Below are positions 21,390-30,550 of a stretch of DNA of 64,000 bases, piece by piece (position 1 is the stretch's first letter; every line of letters starts with the position of its first letter). The stretch spans positions 160,001 to 224,000 of the forward strand of contig CAVSMN010000009.1 in assembly GCA_963729045.1 (NCBI GenBank), written 5' to 3'. A model generated the notes under the pieces. That model was not told the DNA's origin. It saw only the letters and a program-made list of their open reading frames with translations, and did not search any database. Both the position numbers and the translations under genes were made by a program. This DNA comes from an uncultured Nitrososphaeraceae archaeon (GTDB lineage Archaea; Thermoproteota; Nitrososphaeria; Nitrososphaerales; Nitrososphaeraceae).

Positions 21390-22695
21390 TTATTTAAAAC
21401 TACCTCGATCTTTGGCACATTCAATAATTTCCGAGTCAGATAGATAGTTATCAATGCTAAATGCTCTATCAAAACATGCAGAGATTTCCTTTGAATGTTT
21501 GTTATCAGTCTTACCGTCATTGTCATTATTATTCTTAATGTTGTCGCTTAAAGCATAATTGTGAAGGCTATTTTGAGAATAACTACCTCGATCTTTGGCA
21601 CATTCAATAATTTCCGAGTCAGATAGATAGTTATCAATGCTAAATGCTCTATCAAAACATGCAGAGATTTCCTTTGAATGTTTGTTTTTGCCATCTAGAG
21701 ACTCACCTAATTCGCTATTAGTTGGATTAGTATAGATATTTTTGTTGATTGATTTATGGAATGACTGGAATGAATAAGGGTTGGATACTGGTTGATTCAT
21801 ATTTTGCTGTTGTAACCCCGAGAAGGTTGAAGGGTTGGATACTGGTTGATTCATATTTTGCTGTTGGAGCCCCGAGAAGGTTGAAGGGTTGGATACTGGT
21901 TGATTCATATTTTGCTGTTGTAACCCCGAGAAGGTTGAAGGGTTGTCTTTGGGTGGAGACTTGATAAAGGTTGAAGGGTTGTCTTTGGGTGGAGACTTGA
22001 AGGTATCCATATAATTGCCATTAGCTGTATTTGATGAATCAGAAGTAAAAGTGGGAGTACGAACGTCACCGTCAGCAGTATTTTTGCTCTGAAATTCATG
22101 ATAGAATGGATTATTCTTACTTAAATTGTAAGGATTGCTACTAGAGGAGGAGGATACAGAAGTAGTACTATCAGGGGCTTTGTCTGGAGTGAAGAAGATA
22201 CAGAAGTAGGACCATCAGGGGCTTTGTCTGGAGATGAAGAAGATACAGAAGTAGTACTATCAGGGGCTTTGTCTGGAGATGAAGAAGATACAGAAGTAGT
22301 ACTATCAGGGGCTTTGTCTGGGATGAAGAAGATACAGAAGTAGTACTATCAGGGGCTTTGTCTGGAGATGAAGAAGATACAGAAGTAGTACTATCAGGGG
22401 CTTTGTCTGGAGATGAAGAAGATACAGAAGTAGGACTATCAGGGGCTTTGTCTGGAGATGAAGAATTTATTTTATTGAAGTTGTCAGTACAATCAGAATT
22501 TATACCAATAAGCGCACTAGTCATCATGCTCGTAATACAATCAGTAGTTTGGGCGATCAATGAATTATCAGGAACCAAACTTATTTGACCGTACGAAGGA
22601 GTAAATGTTGCATATATAGTTGAAAACGATATCAATAAAAACACCATTAGAATGGGACTGATTTTATTTGCTATGTGCACGAAAAAATAAAACAA
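21390..22695 (-). CDS. secreted repeat-mosaic protein (single gene broken by two 1-bp deletions in the 45-bp array)
   Basis: Signal peptide in 22171..22695; restoring the two 44-bp units joins it through ...SSSNPYNLSKNNPFYHEF... into MDTFKSPP of 21390..22010. Confidence 0.75.
21398..21686. repeat. 106-bp exact direct repeat x2
   Basis: 21398-21503 = 21581-21686, encoding NKHSKEISACFDRAFSIDNYLSDSEIIECAKDRGS. Confidence 0.92.
21777..22003. repeat. 54-bp tandem repeat x3 followed by a 36-bp-spaced repeat x2
   Basis: Encodes SGLQQQNMNQPVSNPSTF x3 and KSPPKDNPSTF x2 on the minus strand. Confidence 0.9.
22153..22465. repeat. 45-bp tandem repeat x7
   Basis: TCAGGGGCTT at 22171, 22215, 22260, 22305, 22349, 22394, 22439 (spacings 44,45,45,44,45,45); encodes SSSSPDKAPDSTTSV. 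Confidence 0.93.
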
Positions 22696-22963
22696 TCATA
22701 CTTTATAATGAGCACTTTAGAATGCTAGTATTAACTTAACAATATATCTATTATACATAAATAAGATAGATTTTTTTTATAAATTAAAAGGATGATTTGG
22801 TATGTTTATGATGTGATCTTAGTCTGTTATAGACTTGTTTTATGTGTAAAGTGTTAGGTGATACCTCGATAGAATCAATTTTGTACTATCATTAAAAACA
22901 AAATTGTAGTTTTTTGGTTAAATTGACCCATATTATATATATAGATAATCTATAATAAAATAG

Positions 22964-23974
22964 TTGTTTTTGCCTAATTTTGAAGAGTTAGTAATAGGCA
23001 CTGTTATCGCATCTATTATCGCTTTTCTAATAAATCTAATTTTAATGCCAAGTTTTATTAAATTTCTAAAACTCAAAGGAAAGGTTGTAAATGATAATCA
23101 CAAACCAAATAAACCCAAGGTTCCTAGACCTGGGGGGCCGATATTATTATTAAGCATTGTCATTGGGGAACTAATTTTATATTTCATTACCGGGAATCTC
23201 GAGATAGTAAGTATTTTACTTACTACGACTATTGCCTTCATAATAGGAATTATTGACGATTTTAGAATAATGCCGGGATGGTTTAAACCAGGAGCATTGA
23301 TTTTAGCCTCAATACCTCTAATTATTTTTCACATATATGATAACGAATTAAACGTGATTTTTGGGAGTGTGTTTATCCCCATCCTATACATCCCATTAAT
23401 ATTAATATCAATACCACTAGCGGGGAATACAGTAAACTCGATAGACGTATTCAACGGGGTAGCGACAGGATTCATGATTATAACGATGTTTCCAATAATA
23501 ATTAGTACCTTTTTGTTTGGAAATCTGGAAATTCTTATGATCGAGATACCATTTTTAGCGGCTTTGTTAGGATTTTATATATTTCACAAATACCCCAGTA
23601 AGATATTTCCAGGAGATTCAGGTACGCTATTGATGGGAGCTATGTATGGAGCATTAGCAATTGCGTCTAAATCAGAAATAATTGCAATCATAGCATTATT
23701 ACCAGCAATAATGAACTCATTTTTGTTCTTGAGTAGTGTAAGGAAGATTGTTGAACACAGAGAATTGAAATCTAGACCAACTATACTAAATGAAGATTAT
23801 ACACTACAGGCTTCAAAGGATAAGAACGCGCCCATAACCCTAGTTAGATTAATTTTGTTGGATGGAAAACTTTCTGAAAGAGAAATAGTCATGAAAATTT
23901 ATAAATTGGCTACCTTTTCGTCATCGCTTGCACTAATAACAATATTATTACAATTTATTATATCCAGTGGATAG
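22964..23974 (+). CDS. UDP-GlcNAc:dolichyl-phosphate GlcNAc-1-P transferase (AglH/MraY-like)
   Basis: PRPGG, GIIDD, NTVNSIDVFNG, KIFPGDSGT; polytopic membrane protein. Confidence 0.9.
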   Translation: MFLPNFEELVIGTVIASIIAFLINLILMPSFIKFLKLKGKVVNDNHKPNKPKVPRPGGPILLLSIVIGELILYFITGNLEIVSILLTTTIAFIIGIIDDFRIMPGWFKPGALILASIPLIIFHIYDNELNVIFGSVFIPILYIPLILISIPLAGNTVNSIDVFNGVATGFMIITMFPIIISTFLFGNLEILMIEIPFLAALLGFYIFHKYPSKIFPGDSGTLLMGAMYGALAIASKSEIIAIIALLPAIMNSFLFLSSVRKIVEHRELKSRPTILNEDYTLQASKDKNAPITLVRLILLDGKLSEREIVMKIYKLATFSSSLALITILLQFIISSG

Positions 23975-24251
23975 AGTAGGAGGAGTAGGAGGAGAAATGA
24001 ATTTTTTAGATCTCAAATTCTTTATCTTGTTTATGTGGGTGCTGGTCATGACAGCATGTATTTTTATTATTTTTGTTATAGCCCCAATCAGTAAATTTCA
24101 AATAGATCAAAATGATTCGCTATCTTTTCTAAAGACTTCATTTATTCAGGCAATATTAGCAGTTATTATAGTTGGAATTTTAATAATTGTACTGAATAAA
24201 TTTAAGAAAGTATATTTGTTAAAAAAACTTTCGGGTAAAAATAAAAGTTAA
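23967..24251 (+). CDS. small membrane protein
   Basis: Two hydrophobic helices; overlaps the upstream stop. Confidence 0.6.
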   Translation: MDRVGGVGGEMNFLDLKFFILFMWVLVMTACIFIIFVIAPISKFQIDQNDSLSFLKTSFIQAILAVIIVGILIIVLNKFKKVYLLKKLSGKNKS

Positions 24252-24457
24252 TCTATTTCTGCAGTATAAACCTGGATTAAGTTAGAAAATCCCTTTTTCT
24301 CTACAAAATTCCAAATCTTTCCACAAATTGAACATGTTATTATATTGTCTTTAGATGAATACTCTAAGCTATAATGGCTACAACGAATTTGATACTCATA
24401 TTTGAGCGACTCTAATTCTTTAATCGTATCTATATGCCTGACAGAATTTTCTGTCAA
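24248..24457 (-). CDS. small putative zinc-ribbon protein
   Basis: CSH...CSICGKIW. Confidence 0.6.
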   Translation of the reverse strand: MTENSVRHIDTIKELESLKYEYQIRCSHYSLEYSSKDNIITCSICGKIWNFVEKKGFSNLIQVYTAEID

Positions 24458-24640
24458 TATTATTACTTAGAATCAACATAATATAATCTATTAATCATGA
24501 AAATTAATATAGTTTCAAAAAAAATAAGTGACCTATAGTCGAATTCATATAGATATAGTAATAATATTGAATAACAATGTAATAACCATTATTATTAAGA
24601 ATCTATATATATAAAATCAATAGTATAGATAGGTATAATA

Positions 24641-25717
24641 TTGAATAAATTGAATTCGGACATTAGAAAAATTCAATTTACAGGTAGATCCACATACATT
24701 TTATCATTACCCAAAAAATGGATTGAAGAAATGAATCTTAAAGCAGGTGACCATGTTTCTATCTCCCGAGGTTCAAACAATTCGCTATGTATTACTCCAG
24801 AGCAGGAGAAGAGATTACAAGACTCGACAAACGAAGTTAGCACTCAGGTATTGATTGATGAAGGTCCCAACACCCTAAAGAGAAAGATTGTTTCAATGTA
24901 TTTATCAGGATATAACCTGATAAATCTAAAAGCGAAATCTGCAAGGATTCAACCCATACAAAGAGAGGCAGTTAGAGAAGTGGTAAGAAGAAGTTTGATA
25001 GGAACAGAAATTATTGCAGATTCCTCCGATATAATTACCATCCAAGTTTTATTAACACTACCGGAACTATCAGTTAACACGGCTGTACGGAGGATGTTTC
25101 TGATTGCTTCCTCAATGCATAGAGATGCCTTAGTGGCGTTAAAAGAAAAAAATTATGATATAGCGATGGGAGTAATCAGATCGGATGATGAAGTGGATAG
25201 ATTTAGTCTCTACATATTAAGAAATCTAGTCATGGGTACTAATAATGAAAGAGTATTACAGGAAATAGGGTTAAAAAATGCCTCCGATTGTCTTAGCTAT
25301 CGAGTTACTGTAAAAAGTATCGAAAGAGTTGCTGACCATGCATCGAGAATTGCTTCAAAATCAATGGAAATTCAAAGTTTGATCCCTCCTTTGATAACCG
25401 AGAAATTGGAGAAATTGAGTAATTCTGCTTTGGAGGTTTTGACATCTGCAGTTGAGGCTTTCTTAAGAAGAGACTACAATTTGGCTGATAAAATTGCAGA
25501 TAAATCAGATAACGTTCTTGGTATTGAAAGAGAGATAATGTTGTTCTTGGATTCATTAGAAAATAAGGATATCGACAGTCACAATATCAATGCGGGAGTA
25601 AAATTAATACTTGAAGATATACGCAGAACTGTAGAACATGCAAGTGATATTGCAGAATCAGCCATGAATCAAACTGTAGGAGAGATAATTAAAGTAGAGA
25701 AAAAGGGAGAGAATTGA
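24641..25717 (+). CDS. AbrB-PhoU family phosphate uptake regulator
   Basis: RKIQFTGRSTYILSLPKKW (AbrB) plus two PhoU repeats (DDEVDRF, ERVADHA, RRTVEHASDIAE). Confidence 0.92.
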   Translation: MNKLNSDIRKIQFTGRSTYILSLPKKWIEEMNLKAGDHVSISRGSNNSLCITPEQEKRLQDSTNEVSTQVLIDEGPNTLKRKIVSMYLSGYNLINLKAKSARIQPIQREAVREVVRRSLIGTEIIADSSDIITIQVLLTLPELSVNTAVRRMFLIASSMHRDALVALKEKNYDIAMGVIRSDDEVDRFSLYILRNLVMGTNNERVLQEIGLKNASDCLSYRVTVKSIERVADHASRIASKSMEIQSLIPPLITEKLEKLSNSALEVLTSAVEAFLRRDYNLADKIADKSDNVLGIEREIMLFLDSLENKDIDSHNINAGVKLILEDIRRTVEHASDIAESAMNQTVGEIIKVEKKGEN

Positions 25718-25944
25718 AATTAGATATTGGTTTGTAGTAAAATTTGATTTATTTTAGAACAAAGACTACAGTGCATATTGCAATTATCATGAATACAAAT
25801 GGATCTAAGCGAATTACATACAAAACACCAAACTTGTTTATCCATGGAGTTAAGAAAATAACAATTATTATAAATATTATGAATAAATAATAACATTAAT
25901 TAGATAATAGATCGGAATAATATGCTATTTTAATATTAAAAATA

Positions 25945-26283
25945 TTAAATGGCAGATTCGCCTCTAGCCTTTGTTCTTATGTCTATTGCCTCCTGCACTT
26001 CCGATATGAAAATTTTGCCACCTATTTTATTACTAAGTGTATCCAATAAATTATTGACTAGTTTATCTACCACATCGTCCCTCACAACTATTTCAATTTT
26101 TGTTCTAGGAACAAATTCCGGAGTGTATTGCATAGTACCTCTCCCAATTGAAACAGGTTCGGCTTTAGATATTCCTTTTCCTTGAACTCGATAGTGACTC
26201 ATTCCTCCGATGTTATTATCCTTTAAAACGGCACCAACAGTTTGTAGTTCTCTGTCTGGAATTATTATTTCAATCTTTTTCAC
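25945..26283 (-). CDS. glnB: nitrogen regulatory protein P-II
   Basis: MKKIEIII, VQGKG, PRTKIEIVV, GGKIFISEVQEAIDIRT..RGESAI. Confidence 0.9.
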   Translation of the reverse strand: MKKIEIIIPDRELQTVGAVLKDNNIGGMSHYRVQGKGISKAEPVSIGRGTMQYTPEFVPRTKIEIVVRDDVVDKLVNNLLDTLSNKIGGKIFISEVQEAIDIRTKARGESAI

Positions 26284-26552
26284 TATTATTGATCAACCAT
26301 CATATTTTTTATATAACATATTTAAAACATCAATGTGTTCACTGCATTGCAGTGAAATAGTATCATAAAATAATTGAAAAAGATAATATTTATAAAATCT
26401 ATTAACTATATTATGGGCATATTACTATATATAAATTTTAAAAGTATATTGTAAAATAGTAAAGAATGTAGATCGAATGTTCTGATCGAAAGACATGATC
26501 GAATGGACAGCTTTTAATAAATACTTGATCTACAATGTTCTATTTGATAATA

Positions 26553-26813
26553 ATGAAATATAGAAGTAGAACAGAAATAACTGTCTTAATACTAGAAGCA
26601 GCAAATGGTGGGGCTACAAAGACAAAAATCATGTACAAATCATTCCTTTCATACGCACAGTTAAAAGAATACTTTACAATGCTAATTGAGAATGGTTCGC
26701 TAGAATATGAAAGTGGATTGTTAAATATCTATAGAACAACAGAAAAAGGCTTACGACTATTAAAGATATATAATCAGATAGAAGAAATAATACCACAAGT
26801 TCATTCAAATTAG
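26553..26813 (+). CDS. winged-helix transcriptional regulator (MKYRSR family), copy 1
   Basis: MKYRSRTEI...ATKTKIMYKSFLSYAQLKEY...YRTTEKG; alternative start at 26535. Confidence 0.9.
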   Translation: MKYRSRTEITVLILEAANGGATKTKIMYKSFLSYAQLKEYFTMLIENGSLEYESGLLNIYRTTEKGLRLLKIYNQIEEIIPQVHSN

Positions 26814-26899
26814 TGACGTTCATTTATTATTACATAGGCAAACTAAAACTATAGATTTTGATAAATAATAATCTCTGATTCATTGTAATTATTTTATAT

Positions 26900-27328
26900 C
26901 TATTTAACCACTAGTACCGGAATTTTACTATGATGTAATACTCGATGAGAAACACTGCCCAGTATGGCGTGTTTGAATTTCCCTCTACCTCGACTCCCTA
27001 TAGTAATATAATCAAAATTGTTTTTCTCGATATAATCAATTATTATGGACCCAACATTTTGTCCTTCCAAAAATATGGTTTCTGGTTCTAAACCATAGTT
27101 TTTTGTTCTATTAACAGCATTTTCAAGAACAATTTTGGCTTCTTTTTCTAGCTCTGCCATTATAGAGTTTACTAGTTTTTGAGATTGAATATAAACGAAA
27201 GGAGGGATTTCAAGTACATATAGGACTATCAATTTTGAGTCTAATTTGGAACTCAAGAATGAAGCATGATCTAAGGATCTCATTGAATTTTCAGAACCAT
27301 CCACTGGAGCAAGTATTCTGGAATTCAT
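26900..27328 (-). CDS. universal stress protein (UspA family)
   Basis: ILAPVDGSENS, IGSRGRG, ILGSVSHRVLHHSKIPVLVVK. Confidence 0.95.
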   Translation of the reverse strand: MNSRILAPVDGSENSMRSLDHASFLSSKLDSKLIVLYVLEIPPFVYIQSQKLVNSIMAELEKEAKIVLENAVNRTKNYGLEPETIFLEGQNVGSIIIDYIEKNNFDYITIGSRGRGKFKHAILGSVSHRVLHHSKIPVLVVK

Positions 27329-27444
27329 TAGATAATATGAGTGAATTCAATGATATAAATCTAATATTTGAAATATGTTCTCATAAAAAGTAAATAATTT
27401 AGGAAAAAATTTTGTATCTTAGATATAAAAATTAAAAGAATATA

Positions 27445-27720
27445 TTAAAAAATGTCTTTATTAGAGGTATTTATTGTGCTTGGGATTAATTCTTCTATCT
27501 GATTATATATCTTTAATAGTCGTAAGCCTTTTTCTGTTGTTCTATACTTTTGAGTTCCATCTTCATATTCTAACAAAGCATTCTCAATTAGCATTGTAAA
27601 GTATTCTTTTAACTGTGCGTATGAAAGGAATGATTTGTACATGATTTTTGTCTTTGTAGCCCCACCATTTGCTGCTTCTAGTATTAAGACAGTTATTTCT
27701 GTTCTACTTCTATATTTCAT
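27445..27720 (-). CDS. winged-helix transcriptional regulator (MKYRSR family), copy 2
   Basis: Same motifs as copy 1; alternative start at 27738. Confidence 0.9.
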   Translation of the reverse strand: MKYRSRTEITVLILEAANGGATKTKIMYKSFLSYAQLKEYFTMLIENALLEYEDGTQKYRTTEKGLRLLKIYNQIEELIPSTINTSNKDIF

Positions 27721-28112
27721 TATTATCAAATAGAACATTGTAGATCAAGTATTTATTAAAAGCTGTCCATTCGATCATGTCTTTCGATCAGAACATTCGA
27801 TCACAACAACTGACATAATAATCTATTTCATAAAAAATATGACATTTACTAATTTCGAGTTCCTTAAGTATGTAATAGAAAATCTTAATGAATTAATGTT
27901 ATTAATCTATTTAGCTATTTAGTTACGAATTTGCTGAAACCAAATTTTAGTTTATTTTACTTTGGTATAAACAAATATTCAATTAAGTTGAAATCGTTGA
28001 AATCAATATGATATATTTTAACAAGTTTGTTTTTTTCGAAAACAAGGATAAGATATGGTCTCTAGGGTTTAGATTACGATAATTATTTAAATTACAATCA
28101 GGCAATGATCTC

Positions 28113-28415
28113 ATGTCTTATGGGTCTGCTACTCCATCGGAGCCTTCAACGAAGAAACTAGTATTAATTTTTGGTATTATTGCTATAGGTGCATTTATTG
28201 TTTTGAGTATTTTTGTATTTCCTATTAAAAATTTAATCAGAGACGATGTTACTGCCGAGGTTAAAATATTAAGTAAAAATGAAGGAATTTGTGTTGTTGA
28301 TACTGCTGATCATCCTAGAGGTATTAATCAATGTCCCTACGAGGCTGGAGATATAGTAATAGTAAAATACAAAGAGGGAACTTCAGACATAATAAGTCAC
28401 GAATTAAAACTCTAA
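28113..28415 (+). CDS. membrane-anchored hypothetical protein
   Basis: N-terminal TM helix, small beta domain with two Cys (GICVVDT...QCPY). Confidence 0.75.
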   Translation: MSYGSATPSEPSTKKLVLIFGIIAIGAFIVLSIFVFPIKNLIRDDVTAEVKILSKNEGICVVDTADHPRGINQCPYEAGDIVIVKYKEGTSDIISHELKL

Positions 28416-28463
28416 AAATAAATATATTATTTGGTTTTAGTTATTTGAGTTGAATTAAAGAAA

Positions 28464-28718
28464 TTATTTTATTGTGCTTGGGATTAATTCTTCTATCTGA
28501 TTATATATCTTTAATAGTCGTAAGCCTTTTTCTGTTGTTCTATACTTTTGAGTTCCATCTTCATATTCTAACAAAGCATTCTCAATTAGCATTGTAAAGT
28601 ATTCTTTTAACTGTGCGTATGAAAGGAATGATTTGTACATGATTTTTGTCTTTGTAGCCCCACCATTTGCTGCTTCTAGTATTAAGACAGTTATTTCTGT
28701 TCTACTTCTATATTTCAT
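28464..28718 (-). CDS. winged-helix transcriptional regulator (MKYRSR family), copy 3
   Basis: Identical to copy 2 except the extreme C-terminus; immediately downstream of cdc6; alternative start at 28736. Confidence 0.9.
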   Translation of the reverse strand: MKYRSRTEITVLILEAANGGATKTKIMYKSFLSYAQLKEYFTMLIENALLEYEDGTQKYRTTEKGLRLLKIYNQIEELIPSTIK

Positions 28719-28767
28719 TATTATCAAATAGAACATTGTTGATCAAGTATTTATTAAAAGCTGTCCA

Positions 28768-28801
28768 TTCGATCATGTCTTTCGATCAGAACATTCGATC
28801 A
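28768..28801 (-). promoter_or_regulatory. three TGATCGAA direct repeats, 13-bp period, upstream of a TATA-like box
   Basis: TTCGATCA at 28768, 28781 and 28794 on the + strand; same array at about 26471-26503 and 27770-27803. Confidence 0.6.
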
Positions 28802-30016
28802 CAACAACATAGATAAGAAATTATCATCCTTTAGTGCTTTGGATACAGTATCAGAAGAAACAGCCATTTTTATTATTTGAGAACGGCCATACCTACCATG
28901 GCTAACGACGTTTGAAGTAATTAATCCAAGTTGATCCAATTCACTAATTATTTGAGTGACTCTTCTTTGGGTCAAAGAATCATGTTCAATCTGTTTACAT
29001 AATGAAGTATAGATATCATAAACATCTCCAGTCATACCAGTTTGAGATTTCATGATAGATAGAACAATCAATTTTGTATGTGTAGTGGAATTTTTAATGA
29101 CCTCATAATTAGTGTCTTTTTCAATCTTTTCTTGTGCTTCTCGAATATGATTTTCAGTAACCATATCAGCCCTTTCTCTTTCCGCTATTTCAGCCGCTAC
29201 TCTTAATAGATCAATTGCCTTTCTAGCGTCCCCATTTTCCTTCCCGGCCACTGCTGCACATAAATTAATCGCTGCCTGACCAATAGATCCCTCATTAAAT
29301 GCAAGTTTTGATCGATCATTTAGGATTTCTTTTAATTGAATTATTGTATATGGATTGAATATTATTTCCTCCTCACTTAGACTGCTTCTAACTCTTGGGT
29401 CTAGTTTGTCTTTAAATGTAAGACTATTAGATATTCCTATCAAAGATACAAACCCGTCTCCCAACATACGTTCATTTGCTCTAGTAAAGTTATATAAAAC
29501 ATCATCTCCATTCCTATCAACCAAGGAATCAATCTCATCTATAATTAAAACTACATGAAGATTATTTTTTTTTAAATATTCAAGAATCCTATCAGTGGCT
29601 TCGCCCATAGACAAACCAGTAAAATGAACTTTTAATTTCCTGTCGAAGCGATTAATCCCTATATCCTCCGCAATATCATATAATACCTTGTATGAAGTAT
29701 TTGAAGTCTTTGCGTTAATGATAGTAACGGTAATCTCTATTCCATGTTCTATTGATTTTTTTTTTAATCTAGTAATTACATTTTTTACAACAGCAGTTTT
29801 CCCAGTTCCAGGTTTTCCAAAAACTAAGAGATTAGAAGGTCTACCATTCTTTAATACGACTGATAATACTTGCGCGATTGTTTTAGACTCTTCGTCTCTA
29901 AATGGCAATTTTTCAGGAACATAATCGATTGTTAATGTTTTTCTATTCTTAATTAAATTAGCTCCAATAACAGCCTTATCAAATATATTATCTAAATAAT
30001 CTGAATCCATCATCAT
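28799..30016 (-). CDS. cdc6: Orc1/Cdc6 replication initiator
   Basis: Walker A GKPGTGKT, Walker B IIDEID, GDARKAIDLLR, C-terminal wHTH GRYGRS. Confidence 0.97.
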   Translation of the reverse strand: MMMDSDYLDNIFDKAVIGANLIKNRKTLTIDYVPEKLPFRDEESKTIAQVLSVVLKNGRPSNLLVFGKPGTGKTAVVKNVITRLKKKSIEHGIEITVTIINAKTSNTSYKVLYDIAEDIGINRFDRKLKVHFTGLSMGEATDRILEYLKKNNLHVVLIIDEIDSLVDRNGDDVLYNFTRANERMLGDGFVSLIGISNSLTFKDKLDPRVRSSLSEEEIIFNPYTIIQLKEILNDRSKLAFNEGSIGQAAINLCAAVAGKENGDARKAIDLLRVAAEIAERERADMVTENHIREAQEKIEKDTNYEVIKNSTTHTKLIVLSIMKSQTGMTGDVYDIYTSLCKQIEHDSLTQRRVTQIISELDQLGLITSNVVSHGRYGRSQIIKMAVSSDTVSKALKDDNFLSMLL

Positions 30017-30550
30017 TTCTTTCCGTTAATAGTATTGATAAATCAACACAGACACACCCCTATTTTTCTATTCGAATGATAAAAAGATAATGTCATGTTA
30101 ATATGCTAACTGTTATTAACATTTAATTTTAAACAGGTTAATCAATTATTTTATACATAATAATTAAATAAATTAATATAATTCTACTATCAAAATCAAT
30201 ATTAATTGCATAAGAAATAGAGGGGCCTGTGGCTTTCAAACCAAATTAACATTAATCTTAACAGTTAAAAATCATTTGATAATAAACGTGAATTAACCCC
30301 TTTATTTCCACTGGAGGAATTCTAAATTCATTCACAACGATAATAAACGTGAATTAACCCCTTTATTTCCACTGGAACTAGAAAACCTTTAAGATGGATA
30401 ATCAAATTAACTTTAGAAATATAGACATCAATAATTATGTGCTTATTTTAGTTAACAAAAACTAATCTTTTAGTTATCAATTTTTATTCCATATTGTTAA
30501 GTTAACATATGTTATCAAATTCACAGAGACGATAAATTGTCCACTGGAAA
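30017..30550. other. chromosomal replication origin (oriC) with ORB elements
   Basis: ORBs CCCCTTTATTTCCACTGGA at 30297 and 30358 within a 38-bp exact repeat (30278-30315, 30339-30376); degenerate ORBs at 30057-30076 and 30206-30225; mini-ORB at 30540; AT-rich tracts; adjacent to cdc6. Confidence 0.9.

Larger units (their letters stand above)
27470..28808. repeat. 341-bp direct repeat (27470-27810 and 28468-28808, 1 mismatch); a third, inverted partial copy starts at 26471
   Basis: Direct comparison, offset 998 bp; the unit includes promoter, gene body and the last 10 bp of cdc6. Confidence 0.93.

Noticed and set aside
22153..22465. 45-bp repeat array as a CRISPR array
   Set aside because: Units are contiguous with no unique spacers, have codon-multiple length inside a gene, and no cas genes are present
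26471..28808. wHTH copies as a diversity-generating retroelement TR/VR pair
   Set aside because: Differences are not adenine-specific, include an indel, and there is no reverse transcriptase in the window
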